Origin: Candidatus Latescibacterota bacterium | GTDB lineage: Bacteria > Latescibacterota > UBA2968 > GCA-2709665 | DNA: 64,000 bases | Assembly: GCA_965203805.1 (NCBI GenBank) | Contig: OZ241917.1 | Coordinates: 4,000,001 to 4,064,000 of the forward strand | Direction of reading: 5' to 3' | Shown here: in pieces, positions 48,999 through 59,700 of the stretch | How positions within the stretch are numbered: the first letter of the stretch is position 1 | Layout: every line of letters starts with the position of its first letter | Translations under genes and position numbers: made by a program | Notes under the pieces: generated by a model | Told to the model about the DNA's origin: nothing | The model's input: the letters and a program-made list of their open reading frames with translations, nothing else | The model's database searches: none

Positions 48999-51900
48999 TT
49001 ATGTATAAGGATTAAATCCAAAGTCTGCAAGCATCCTGTCTATGTAGTCGTATTGCTCGTTTCGCTCCTGAAATAAGATATGCGCCCCGGCAAACTGCTC
49101 CCTATCCCAATTCCCGTTTTCGTATCGCATGGAAAGGTCGTCGTAAGGTGTTGCGGAAACGATAAACGAATCGAGCGTGACGCCTTTGCGATCACTTCTG
49201 TCAGCAATCTCTCTGGCCAATTGTGGCAGCTTTTCGTGAAGCTGCGCCTTTTCGTCATTGCAATATGCAAGTGCATGTAGCATTCCGTGCGGCTCGACGA
49301 AGACGATGTGTTGTTTCCTTCCTTGTTTGACCCAAAGGATGAAGTCCGGATAGAAGCCGCTAGATTCAAAAAATCCTACGCCCGCGCCACGGCTCTGGTT
49401 TCGCAATAGAAACACCTCCCGGCCGGACAGCCTACCGTCACTCTCCTTCTTCCAGTAGTCCTTCAAGTCCTTTACAAACTGTTTTTCACTCTTGTTTAAG
49501 GCGGGGGGAGTGGTCTTGACGTCATCTTCCTCGCTGTATTCTATCAGTAGAGGTTGGTAGAGGTGCCGATCGAAGTGAAGGCGAGGTAACTCGTCCGTTT
49601 CCTTCTCGTATAGTCTCTCGCAGTCGTCGATCAGCCGTTCGATGTTCTCCATTAAGGAGACTTTGGAGCGTTTGACGCTGACAACGTACCGGCCCCTACC
49701 CTCGGATTCACGACCAAAGCTCAGATTCGGATCGCGCTCGTCGAGGGTCTGGTAAACCATCTGATTCGACTCCCATCGGTCCCGGTGGACGCGGTAGAAG
49801 GAGTCGACGTATTTCCGCAGAATTGAAGTTACTGCACTTTGAAGCCGTTCTACATCCTCAAATGACTGAGGTCGTACTACCGATTCATCGGCGATCAGGC
49901 TATAGCGTTCACCGTCCGCAACTATCCGACGCGGTGCGTCGGGCAATACGCACAGATTGCTCAGGCCTTTCTGTTCCGTATACTCAATCAGGTCGAGATA
50001 GGCCCGCTGCCAATCCACCAGATCAAGGCTGTCCTGTGGGAGCGCCCGCTCGTGACCAACATGCGCGTCGGACGATAATACTCCGTCTTCGCTGCTTTCC
50101 AGCGACTGAACCTTTAGCGACAGGTCGACCCGTACCTTCCTTACTTCGGAATCCGGCTCCAGGAGATGACTTTGAGTCTTGACGAATTCGCCATCGTCTT
50201 GTATCCGCGGCACGACGAGTCCGGCCGCTAGCAGTTTCTTATCGGGGCGAACAAAAAGCGGTAGCTCATCGTAACCTTCGGTGTCGACGCCCTCCCTCTC
50301 AAGGTACTTCCTGAAGTCGGCCATATAGTTGGCGCGAACCGCGAAGATGTTGAGCGTTTCGAGAAGCCGGATGTGACTCGGGTGCGTACCGTCCAATGCC
50401 GCGCTCCGCTTCAGGCTTGCGTCCATGCCTCGCAAGCGTACCCCGCGACCGAATAATTGGATGATTTCCGAACCTTCCCTCTGCCCGATTTTCAAAAGTC
50501 CCATATTCGAAACGCGCCAGGAATTCCATCCTTCCATGAATTTCTTCGCGCCAATCAGTACCTCGATAGTGGTATGCAGATCATTGATGCTATCGAAAAG
50601 CGATCCGGACAGAGCGTCATCTTCCAGCGTTATTCCAGTGTCTGCATCCTCCACCAGATTTTTGAATGAGCTAACGTCGCCTATGTAGATTAGCCCGAAA
50701 TAGTCCTCGGCGCCACTCGCTTTCAGGCCCAATTCGCCTTCGGCGCCCCGAATTGTGCATAAGTGTAGACCACCCCCCACTTGGGTATGGAATACCATTT
50801 TAAGTATGTCCTGGTAAATCACTTCCGACGAGCGTTCAGTTGCCCGCAGAAACGGGAATTTCCCCGAGAACACATCTTGACCGTACTGTGTTACGAGCCC
50901 ACTCTCGCCGTTAATGATTCGATGAATGGCATTGGTCGTCCACCGGCGCTCACTCAAGACCAAATGCAGGAACCGTGCCACTGTCAGGACGTCACTGGAT
51001 TTCTCCTTGTTCTTTTTGTACACAGCATTTACTGTGCTGCCTACAAAGACTGACAGCGGTCTCTCAAGGTCGTAAGGGCGCAATTCGTCGGCCGACTGAG
51101 CAAAAACACATTGCTGCTCGTAGAAGGACAGCAAGTTGCCGAGCAATAATGTCTCCGTCTCCTCGGAGGTCGTCTCCTCGACGAGATTGAGTATTCGAAA
51201 ATCCTTGCCGAAACCGTCTCCGTGAAAATACCTGTACGAGTAATCGAAGACGATGGCCTTACCATATTCCCTGGTAAGTTCGTCGTTGCCAACTGCTTTC
51301 AGTGCCTGACCAAACGTCGCGCTGTATTCCAATGTAAAGCCACTTTCGCCAAGCTCGTCACGGTAGCGACGCCACACGTCGCCACCCGAACCCTTGTGGC
51401 CCTCATCGACGAAAATCAGATTGTTGCCTTCAAACGCTTCGACGGGTACACTGACACCTCCGCCACGCTTCTGTTCAACCAATTTGGTGATTTCGATGAT
51501 TCTAACTTCGTCGTGGTGAGAGAATGGATCGCTCTCCGTGAGGGTAAAGCGGCTGCATGCAATGCCCGATGCACGCATCTCGCTTTGATGTTGCTCGCTC
51601 AATCCCTCGTTAGGCGTAATCAGCAGGATATTGTCCAGCGGCTGGTCGTTGTAGTGCCTGAACTGGTGATAGTTAAGGTGCATGATCAGGGTTTTGCCGC
51701 TCCCGGTTGCCATCCAGAAAGCCAGTTTCTTCAGGTCGGTTTCACAGAATTTCTCACCTTTATTTCTACCAGCGGTGAATGAGTTCAGGGAACTAAGCAT
51801 CTCACCACGTTGGTTGAAGTATTGATAGAGGAAGACTTCCACGTAGAGAGCCGCGAGGTACTGAAAGTACCGTAGCGTAATCGGTTCGGACCGTCGGGCA

Positions 51901-52148
51901 TTCATGTCATTCAAGTGCTTTCGGATATTCTGGTCGTACTGCAACAGTGTATCTGGAGCAATCTTCACCGCGTCCCCACGGCTGACCAATCGGTGAAAAA
52001 CATGACTGCGTCCATCGGGATCGAACCCCTCGGCCGTCTGCTTCATATCGCAAAGCAGGTCGCGGTTTTGCTCGTAGCCGAATTGATGGTTTAACCATGC
52101 CAATAGTACCAGGCGCTGATCCAGGTCGGTATTCTGTGCCGGTGGCAT
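48999..52148 (-). CDS. res: Type III restriction enzyme Res subunit
   Basis: MATGSGKT, VDEGH, EYSATF, EGWN, QLFGRGVR; C-terminal PDFI...VEPHG nuclease motif. Confidence 0.92.
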   Translation of the reverse strand: MPPAQNTDLDQRLVLLAWLNHQFGYEQNRDLLCDMKQTAEGFDPDGRSHVFHRLVSRGDAVKIAPDTLLQYDQNIRKHLNDMNARRSEPITLRYFQYLAALYVEVFLYQYFNQRGEMLSSLNSFTAGRNKGEKFCETDLKKLAFWMATGSGKTLIMHLNYHQFRHYNDQPLDNILLITPNEGLSEQHQSEMRASGIACSRFTLTESDPFSHHDEVRIIEITKLVEQKRGGGVSVPVEAFEGNNLIFVDEGHKGSGGDVWRRYRDELGESGFTLEYSATFGQALKAVGNDELTREYGKAIVFDYSYRYFHGDGFGKDFRILNLVEETTSEETETLLLGNLLSFYEQQCVFAQSADELRPYDLERPLSVFVGSTVNAVYKKNKEKSSDVLTVARFLHLVLSERRWTTNAIHRIINGESGLVTQYGQDVFSGKFPFLRATERSSEVIYQDILKMVFHTQVGGGLHLCTIRGAEGELGLKASGAEDYFGLIYIGDVSSFKNLVEDADTGITLEDDALSGSLFDSINDLHTTIEVLIGAKKFMEGWNSWRVSNMGLLKIGQREGSEIIQLFGRGVRLRGMDASLKRSAALDGTHPSHIRLLETLNIFAVRANYMADFRKYLEREGVDTEGYDELPLFVRPDKKLLAAGLVVPRIQDDGEFVKTQSHLLEPDSEVRKVRVDLSLKVQSLESSEDGVLSSDAHVGHERALPQDSLDLVDWQRAYLDLIEYTEQKGLSNLCVLPDAPRRIVADGERYSLIADESVVRPQSFEDVERLQSAVTSILRKYVDSFYRVHRDRWESNQMVYQTLDERDPNLSFGRESEGRGRYVVSVKRSKVSLMENIERLIDDCERLYEKETDELPRLHFDRHLYQPLLIEYSEEDDVKTTPPALNKSEKQFVKDLKDYWKKESDGRLSGREVFLLRNQSRGAGVGFFESSGFYPDFILWVKQGRKQHIVFVEPHGMLHALAYCNDEKAQLHEKLPQLAREIADRSDRKGVTLDSFIVSATPYDDLSMRYENGNWDREQFAGAHILFQERNEQYDYIDRMLADFGFNPYT

Positions 52149-52150
52149 CT

Positions 52151-52219
52151 CTACGGATCATCCTTCACGTGGGTTTCCAGTTGTTCAATCAGCAGCGGCA
52201 GGTCATCCCGCCTGCTCAT
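52151..52219 (-). pseudogene. Collapsed HepT/DUF86 toxin remnant (22 aa)
   Basis: MSRRDDLPLLIEQLETHVKDDP overlapping the MNT stop: start and end of HepT joined. Confidence 0.65.
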
Positions 52220-52517
52220 AGACGACCTCCACCGAGGTGAGTATATCCTTCCGGAGCAGCCTATTCGGGTTGCTTTCGACGCCCCGGAAGGTGTGTAGAT
52301 CCACTCTTCTCCCGTATATTTCCGACAACTCGTCCTGCATGGTGATGAACTGCAGTCCCGGTGTCTTGCCCGGCTCGAACTCCACGAGTACATCCACGTC
52401 GCTCTCAGACGTGAAGTCGTCGCGCAGCACCGAGCCGAACAGCGCCAGACGCTTGATACCGTTGCGACGGCAGAAGGCGGCGATCTTTTTCTTCGGAATG
52501 TCAATTCTCGTGGTCAT
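52203..52517 (-). CDS. MNT (MntA-like) nucleotidyltransferase antitoxin
   Basis: LALFGSVLRDDFTSESDVDVLVEF, GRRVDL. Confidence 0.92.
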   Translation of the reverse strand: MTTRIDIPKKKIAAFCRRNGIKRLALFGSVLRDDFTSESDVDVLVEFEPGKTPGLQFITMQDELSEIYGRRVDLHTFRGVESNPNRLLRKDILTSVEVVYEQAG

Positions 52518-52525
52518 GTCTATCG

Positions 52526-53695
52526 TTAACTTCCCATTAAAGGCACCCGAAACGGCCGGCGTTTCAGCATTGTTTCCTTATTGGCGCAGTAGCTGTTCCC
52601 TTCCTTTGTAATCCAATTCTTCTCCGTGAGCCATTGTAGATCCTTCATGATGATCCATGGTTTTTCCCCATAGGACTCACCAAAGCGGTCGCCTGTCATC
52701 ATTAATGACAATGGATCAACTGCTTGATCGCCGGCCGATAGATCCAGAAGCAGGTCGCGGCGCCTTTTTCCAGCGACAGTATCCTGTCTCGGAAAATGTT
52801 GATATATATGGTGCTGCCAAACGATATCCAGATGCTGCTTCCAAATCATCTCCAGTTGACCGTGAAGCCCGTCGAGGAATCCCTGCACGGCATAGGCGAG
52901 AAAGGGTACGACCTTTCCACCGGATTGGCTGGAACGCGCGAGTTGGCGCGCATATTCGGCACGCGTGGCGCTATAATGGCTGCTCAACAAGTGACAGGCG
53001 GGTACCGGTATGCCCGACCGCAACAGGATTGCGAATTCCAGCAACCTCGCCGTGCGGCCGTTGCCGTCTCCAAACGGATGGATCCATGCCACATAAAGAT
53101 GGGCTATTACCGCCTTGATGATTGCAAACGTAATCTCCTCGCCTTCGGGTACCTTGAATTCATCCCTTAGCCAGTGGCACATTCTCTCCAGCAGGAATTC
53201 GCAATCCTCCGCGGGCGCGCCTCGATATCGCCTGCCCACGCCCACTGAGTGGGTTCGAATTGTGCCCGGAATGGAACCTTCCTGTTGGTCGAGCTTGCCG
53301 AGAACGGCTCTATTCATCTCTTTGATCCATTCGATATCCAGGGGCTCGACCGACCCCTCGCGCATTCCCTTGATTGTCGTGTTGATGGCCTCAATAATGT
53401 TGTCAATCTCCTGCGCCAGATACTCGCGCGAGGGGGGCAGTTCCAGTTTTCCCTCTATATGCCGCAACACATCCTCTTCGGACAGGGTATTTCCTTCAAT
53501 GGCGGTCGTGGCATGGACGCCCTTGGCCAGATAAACCTTATAGAGGTCCTCCGCCGATTCATGAACGAGCGGCACCCTGGAGACGTGCTCGATCTTGGAA
53601 GCGCATTCCCCCAGTTTCATCCAGAGCGAATAGGGCACGTCACGCAGGTCGACTTGAAACGTGATCCAGGGATGGGTCTTCTGGTATTTTCTCAT
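52526..53695 (-). CDS. Fic family protein
   Basis: HPFGDGNGRTAR; TTAIEGN; start taken at MRKYQKTHPWITF. Confidence 0.9.
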   Translation of the reverse strand: MRKYQKTHPWITFQVDLRDVPYSLWMKLGECASKIEHVSRVPLVHESAEDLYKVYLAKGVHATTAIEGNTLSEEDVLRHIEGKLELPPSREYLAQEIDNIIEAINTTIKGMREGSVEPLDIEWIKEMNRAVLGKLDQQEGSIPGTIRTHSVGVGRRYRGAPAEDCEFLLERMCHWLRDEFKVPEGEEITFAIIKAVIAHLYVAWIHPFGDGNGRTARLLEFAILLRSGIPVPACHLLSSHYSATRAEYARQLARSSQSGGKVVPFLAYAVQGFLDGLHGQLEMIWKQHLDIVWQHHIYQHFPRQDTVAGKRRRDLLLDLSAGDQAVDPLSLMMTGDRFGESYGEKPWIIMKDLQWLTEKNWITKEGNSYCANKETMLKRRPFRVPLMGS

Positions 53696-53741
53696 GGTTT
53701 GCCTACGTCCGGAATTCGCGCCATATCGTCCATTCGCCTCG

Positions 53742-55256
53742 TTACTCCCCGTCTTTCCCTTCGCCAAATTCCTCCGCGATTTTTGTCATCATGCGCCGTA
53801 GCATTTCGTTGAAGATCTTTTTAAGTACGTCCAGATCCTGTCCGATGAATTGTTCCTCAAAATCGAGGTCCCGACACTTAAACTTCCAAACGCAACGACT
53901 AGAGTCTGCTTCGTTCTCAACTTTGAACTCGAAATCAACCCCTTTATTCGCTTGATATCCGGTCAGCCAGAGACCCAGACTGGTGGACACAAGGAGAGCG
54001 CTTTCGGGCCAGTCGTCAACTGGTTCGTCGAGCCGAAAAGTTCGAACCTGATTGTCCTCGCTCCTCACCGAAGAATTTTTTCTGGTTACATGGAGACTCT
54101 CAAACATATCGGAAAACCCCTCGCACTTCTCTTTGCAATAAGAAGAAAACGGATACACCACGCTGTCCGCATACTCCCTGACCCGAAAAAGCTCACTGGT
54201 ACCGGTTTGCATCGATCGTTTGAAGAGCTCAATTTCCTTATCTATGTCCTCCACATCGTCAATACGCTCGCCACGGGCGGCGCGCAGATGAAGACTCAGG
54301 GTATTTTCGCAATTTTCGGCAATACACTCAATAAACTCGGACAGGTCCTCGGATTTGTCGGCCCGTTCCAGCGATTCGATGTATCGATTTCTTTCCTGGA
54401 TTGGGATTATTGCCACTGTGTAGCCATGCTTGATCAGGATCATGTTCATCAGCAGCCGCGCCATTCGACCGTTTCCATCGTCGAATGGATGAATTCTGAC
54501 AAAGCGGTAGTGGAACGTAGCGGCAATGACGACTGGATGCTCGCCCTCGCTTTCGGCCCTTCTGTACCAGTCGATGAGGTCGCTCATTGCCGGCTTAACC
54601 TGGTCGGGGGGCAGATAGTAGTATATCTCGCCGGTTGAGGTACGAACGTTGTTGGGCTGGGCCTTATAGTCGCCAATGGTGATCAGTCGTTTCGTGGGCC
54701 GACCATCGGGTGTCAGTGCGTCGACTTCATACGGATCTTTCAATAATACCTTATGAAGATTGCGGATGAAGACCTCGTTAAGTTCCTCTTTACACTTTAC
54801 GGCATCTTCTATGGCCCTTACCGCTTGGTCGTGCCCCTCGACGTCCAAATGATCGCGCAAGGACTTTCCGTGGGCGGTCAGCCCATGCAGGATCAGGCTT
54901 CTCGTTTCTCCAAGGGTCAGGCTATTGCCTTCTATAGCATTGGAGTGATAGTTCGACTCGATTCTGAGCTTCTGTTCTATCCGCTCTACGACGTAGGACG
55001 ATAGAGGCCGCAGTGCGTCCAAATCCGCTTTCAATGCATTTATCTCTTCAATGACGTTGCCCAAATTGCCTACCAGGTTCACAGTCTGATGTCTTGGTTC
55101 CTTATCGGGCTTCTGATCGGTGTCTTCCGCGGGCATGTCTGCAGGCATGGTTTCCTCAGGCGGTGCATCCTGCACAGAATCGTTCATTGAGCGTTCAACA
55201 CCCAGCCATCGCTTCAAGGATTCCCAACGTTTTGCAGATGTTCCCTGGCGTGCCAT
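53742..55256 (-). CDS. Fic family protein with C-terminal extension
   Basis: HPFDDGNGRMAR; SNAIEGN inhibitory motif. Confidence 0.9.
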   Translation of the reverse strand: MARQGTSAKRWESLKRWLGVERSMNDSVQDAPPEETMPADMPAEDTDQKPDKEPRHQTVNLVGNLGNVIEEINALKADLDALRPLSSYVVERIEQKLRIESNYHSNAIEGNSLTLGETRSLILHGLTAHGKSLRDHLDVEGHDQAVRAIEDAVKCKEELNEVFIRNLHKVLLKDPYEVDALTPDGRPTKRLITIGDYKAQPNNVRTSTGEIYYYLPPDQVKPAMSDLIDWYRRAESEGEHPVVIAATFHYRFVRIHPFDDGNGRMARLLMNMILIKHGYTVAIIPIQERNRYIESLERADKSEDLSEFIECIAENCENTLSLHLRAARGERIDDVEDIDKEIELFKRSMQTGTSELFRVREYADSVVYPFSSYCKEKCEGFSDMFESLHVTRKNSSVRSEDNQVRTFRLDEPVDDWPESALLVSTSLGLWLTGYQANKGVDFEFKVENEADSSRCVWKFKCRDLDFEEQFIGQDLDVLKKIFNEMLRRMMTKIAEEFGEGKDGE

Positions 55257-55317
55257 CTATTTCACCGTTTCAGCTAACACGAGCCACTTGGATTCGGCGT
55301 TCTCACAGTAGTCTTGA

Positions 55318-56070
55318 CTACTTTCTTTCCACGGTTGGCACATCTGATGAGACCGTATGTCCCAAAATAAGGCTTCGAAAGGACGCCATATGCTCCGTCG
55401 CATCACTAACTATACTTCGGTGTTCCGATAACTCTTCTTCGGGCAACAATCGCGCCAATTTTCCCTTCTTGCTTTCCTCCAAAACGGCAATACTGATCGG
55501 CTCGTTTATTCCCCCAGGATTAACTTCACATGCGTGTCGCAATGCCCAAACCGCGGTAAATATACCACCTCGCAAGGTCGGCGGTTCTTCATTCCAAAAT
55601 ATAGATCGGAAAAACGCCAGAAGAGGGTCAAGAATGGGTTGTCCGCTTCCAGCCGCTACCCACCAGTTACCTTCGAGCATCTTAATTTCAGGTTGAAATC
55701 CAGCAGCAGACGGCAGTTCACATAAGGACATTCCGTCCTTGGCCGAAAATGCTACCAGAGCCGAAAAATCCAGCTGCGTAATTCCGGTTTGTTGAAAGTC
55801 GTTTATTCCTGATTGGGAAAGTAATTTTCCGACTTCAATGGCACCTTTTCCCTTAAATTCCTGGCCTCTCCACAATCTTCGAACAACGTCATAGAATCTC
55901 TGGGCATGGCCAACATAACCGGATCCAGCAACGATCACATGATCATCTACGATTTCTATCTTTTTTGTTGGCTGCTCGATTGTGCGGTGCTGTTCGTGGA
56001 CAAACGTCGCAGACCCGTCGGCCCCGATCACCACCCCATCCTTGCATCGAATCCCGATCAATGCAGTCAT
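55318..56070 (-). CDS. Proteasome-beta/HslV-like Ntn threonine protease homologue
   Basis: M-T1 start, D17 (GVVIGAD), KKI..DDHVIVAGSG, AAGSG. Confidence 0.8.
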   Translation of the reverse strand: MTALIGIRCKDGVVIGADGSATFVHEQHRTIEQPTKKIEIVDDHVIVAGSGYVGHAQRFYDVVRRLWRGQEFKGKGAIEVGKLLSQSGINDFQQTGITQLDFSALVAFSAKDGMSLCELPSAAGFQPEIKMLEGNWWVAAGSGQPILDPLLAFFRSIFWNEEPPTLRGGIFTAVWALRHACEVNPGGINEPISIAVLEESKKGKLARLLPEEELSEHRSIVSDATEHMASFRSLILGHTVSSDVPTVERK

Positions 56071-56072
56071 AC

Positions 56073-56528
56073 TTATTCCTGAAAAATGCTGTTTTCACGC
56101 ATATCCGGATACGACTTATAAATCGCGCCTACAAGCTCGGCAAAAGACAAACTCCGTACCCACTCTGACAGTCGTTTCAGATATTTCTGTACGTATTTGG
56201 GCAATTGAGAGAGCTTCTTCTCCCCCTGTATCTGTCCTGCGTAAGTCAGGCAGTACGAGCGACCCGCTATGGTAGCACCCGAGATGTGTTCCGTTATCTG
56301 GACGAGTCCCATTTTCTGAAGGGCTTCAAGTTCCGCATATACGGCCTTATCAAATGGACCGTAGTCATACGGCTCAAACGCAAACTGCTTGCCGTGCATT
56401 TCATCCGCGACATTCTCATCAATCAGGAAAAATAATTTCTGGATTTGTACCGGCTCAAACGTGGCATCCGGCACAGCGGAAAGCCCTGCAAGGACCATCT
56501 TCTGTCGGTGCGAAAGTACGAGTGGCAT
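56073..56528 (-). CDS. YwgA/SocA (Panacea, DUF4065)-like winged-helix protein
   Basis: IQKLFFL, FEPYDYGPF, LEAL...GLV, IYKSYP. Confidence 0.72.
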   Translation of the reverse strand: MPLVLSHRQKMVLAGLSAVPDATFEPVQIQKLFFLIDENVADEMHGKQFAFEPYDYGPFDKAVYAELEALQKMGLVQITEHISGATIAGRSYCLTYAGQIQGEKKLSQLPKYVQKYLKRLSEWVRSLSFAELVGAIYKSYPDMRENSIFQE

Positions 56529-56601
56529 AAGAATCCCCTTTACATTGACAAACCCAGTAGGATTGTCCCGGCCTGAAAGCGGATCGTTTTACGTCTATTA
56601 C

Positions 56602-56632
56602 TGAACATACGTTCACTGATGTATATTGTCAA
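56602..56632 (-). promoter_or_regulatory. Sigma70-like promoter with overlapping inverted repeat upstream of the Panacea-like gene
   Basis: Minus strand TTGACA(56632-56627)-17 bp-TATGTT(56609-56604); TGAAC-N4-GTTCA at 56602-56615. Confidence 0.6.
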
Positions 56633-56732
56633 GAATATACGACCAAATTATGGTTCAATTCAGTTCGTATTTTGATGGCCGGTCTTCTGCGGGTAGATTC
56701 TCGTAAAGCAGCTAACGGCCTGGATTTTTGTT

Positions 56733-59700
56733 TCACGCCTCCACTCCTGCGAACATCCGTCGCTTGAACAGGGGATCCAGCGCTTTTGCATTTTGGATAA
56801 AGGAATCACCATTTGCATAAACTGTGTCTGCTCCCTCAGCCAATTTCTGATCAGCCACAAAGTCTTTGTCCCGCTCAAAGTCCGATTTCTCCCACCCATC
56901 GGTTTCGCGCCAAACGACCACGACAGTTCGCCCCTCATGTGTCTGGCCGCTATAGACCAGGTACCGCCGATCGTTGTCGTAATGGACGTGCCGCGTCTGC
57001 ACGTGTAGTCCGATCAGGTAGTTGAAGGTCTCCGGGATATCAGCCAACATTTGTCCCGTCTGTCCATCTGAGCGGATGTTCAGTCGGTAGGAGAACGGTC
57101 TCGCGAGCTTCTCTACGTTCAGCAAGGTGTCGCTATGTCGTGTCTCCCATCGCAGCATGTATTTTAGCAGATAATCATCGAATTGTAGAGCCTGTTGTTG
57201 TGAAACTTCATCGAAGTCTATGTTGTTCAACGCATCCTCGTAGCTTTCAAGACGCGAATATTTCACAATACGAGGTCCGGGCTCGACATCTTGCGGTGTA
57301 ATCCGTAATTTGGGCTTTCCGCCCTTCCATTCTGGTGCAAACGTGACCTTCTTTATCCGTGGAAGCAGAACGGTGTCGAAATATTCACCCATCTCAACAA
57401 GGATGAATTTGCGTTGGCCGCCGTCCTCGCGATTGAGATTAATGACCGCGTGGCCGGTAGTACCGGAGCCGGCAAAATAGTCGATTACGACATCAAATAA
57501 AGTATCCGAAGCTGCACCGATTAACTCCTCATAGAAATTCACCGAATGGCAATATGGGAAATTCGTGAGCCCCATTGCGTCTAGGTCTGTTTTTCCTCGC
57601 TTGGCATCCTGCATCACGGAAGAAATCTGTCTCGTAGATTCAGTTGTCAAGTATCGTTTCTGTCGTGGTTGGGTGCTGTGATCAGGTCCAAAGATAATCT
57701 CGCCGCGCGCATTCATACTCTTTAAGGTCTCGGGTGTACGTGAGAATCCATTAGGCGGCACCGGACAGGGTTTGTGCGTTACAGGATGAACCAAGGGTTC
57801 ATGAAACTTTGGATCAGATCTAGGTTCTGGTGCCCTCAGACTGACACTTTGGTAGATCCTTCCATCCTGATCCAGATACCTGTATGCTTTTTCTCCGCCG
57901 GTGAGCTGTGGATTCCTGTTTACCCAGTTTGCGTATGCCTTTCTTGCTGTTTCCGTAACTCCGCCGCTAGCCTTTATAATGTCTTCTGCTTCATTCAACA
58001 TCATTTGAATCGAATTATTGCGAAGATTAATGGGTTTATCAGTCTTTGCTCTCCAAATGACATATTCATGTTGAATTGCCACGCCTCCGCCAGCTGTCAT
58101 GGGGTTTCTTTTATCCCAAATCAAAGTACCTGCATTGCCAATGTCGAGACTATCCATCAACATGTGGAGTCTTTCGTACTCATTCTCGTCGATATGGCAA
58201 AGGAACAAGCCTTCCTCGCTCAACAGTTCAAGAGCTGTACCAATGCGATTGCTCATCATCGTAAGCCAACTCGAATGCTGGTAGTTATTCTTGTAGAGGA
58301 AGCCGCTTGTCTGAGTGTTATAAGGAGGATCAATGTGTGCGCACTTTATCCGACCATTGTACTTTCTCGACAGAAGATTGAGTGCCTGCCAATTGTCACT
58401 GTGTATCAATACACCGTCAGTTATACTGTCCAGGTCATCAAACGTGCCTAACAGCCGATCTACGAATTCTAGATCGAAGTGTTTCGAATCTAGGACCAGG
58501 GTCGGGTGCTCTGTCAAGTACTGGATACGATTGTCAGTTTTTTCCATTCCAGGGGTGAACAGGTCAGGTTGATCTTCGTCAATAATGTACGAATCTTTCC
58601 ATTCAGTCCACTGAGCGTCGCATTTTGCGATATCAGCGACAAAGTGATCGGCAATGTGCCTTAAGGATATGCAGTAATTGGTTTCGATAACAAACTTCCG
58701 CTTTTCCCAAAGTATTTTTTGGAAGTTCTCAATCTGGTCAAGGAAGTTGATGACCTGACTACCGACAGATCTGATAACCTGCATCATCTGAAACCAACTC
58801 TCGGCTCGTCTTGCGCCTGCCACTTCCATTTGGTCTAGATTAAGCACTTCGTTTTTGAGATAGAAGTCGAGTTCGCGAATGAGAAATGCATTGAGGTTCT
58901 TGTGAATGAAGAAATCCGAGGTGTTCCGCCTCGTGTACTGGAGCAGGTGATGTTCGAAAGAAGAAATGGACTCGCCATCGTTCTTTTGTCGCCTTTCGGC
59001 CAAAAGCGCAGCCACTGCGTCAGGTACATGTTTGAGCAGAACTGGAATCTGAGACACAGCTTCGTTGATGATGGCATCCTGCTGGTTCTTACCACGGTAC
59101 GAGATTTCTTCCCGTTCGGTCAAAGGTCGGAACTCGAATGGAATCTCGAGGCGCTTTGCATTTTCATCCCAAGCAGGCGCCTCCAAAGATGGTACAAAAA
59201 ACCGCCTATCACCCTTGGTATTGTCCCGCTCGACGTCAGCAGCTTTTAGTTTGAAATGCACGCTGATGCCTCGCGAAGCAAAGGCATAGTCTTGAAAGTG
59301 TTCGCCAGTCTTCACATAGTATTGGTCACTGTTCGCCCAATGCAGATGTACTTCTTCGCCGTTGTAAGGAATGGCATACCGATGGCGCTTCGAATATCGT
59401 CGTTTGGATATGAAGTCGCCATCCTGGTAGTACCGGCTAAAGAACGCGTACAGATGGTTGAATATCGCCGCTTCGAGTCCTTTTTGTCCCAAGCCGCCTG
59501 CAGATTTCGCCTTCAACTCCAGGTAGCACTTTCCGAGCGGCGTATTGTGGAACATTTCCGCAAGGTTTCCGTCAGCATCGATGGCGGCGTGGCCAAAAGA
59601 TGCTAGAATCTGCTTTCGGTTTTCCTGGAGCTTTTTCTCGGTCTGCGCTTCCTCGGCGGCGGCGCCCTTCTTTAGTTCTTCATAGACGGTATTCGGCAGG

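Noticed and set aside
52151-52504. 117-aa ORF overlapping the MNT
   Set aside because: Alternative frame; only its last 22 codons (the HepT remnant) look meaningful
55318-56070. Housekeeping HslV or actinobacterial prcB
   Set aside because: No hslU, prcA, pup or arc nearby; divergent sequence and located in island cargo
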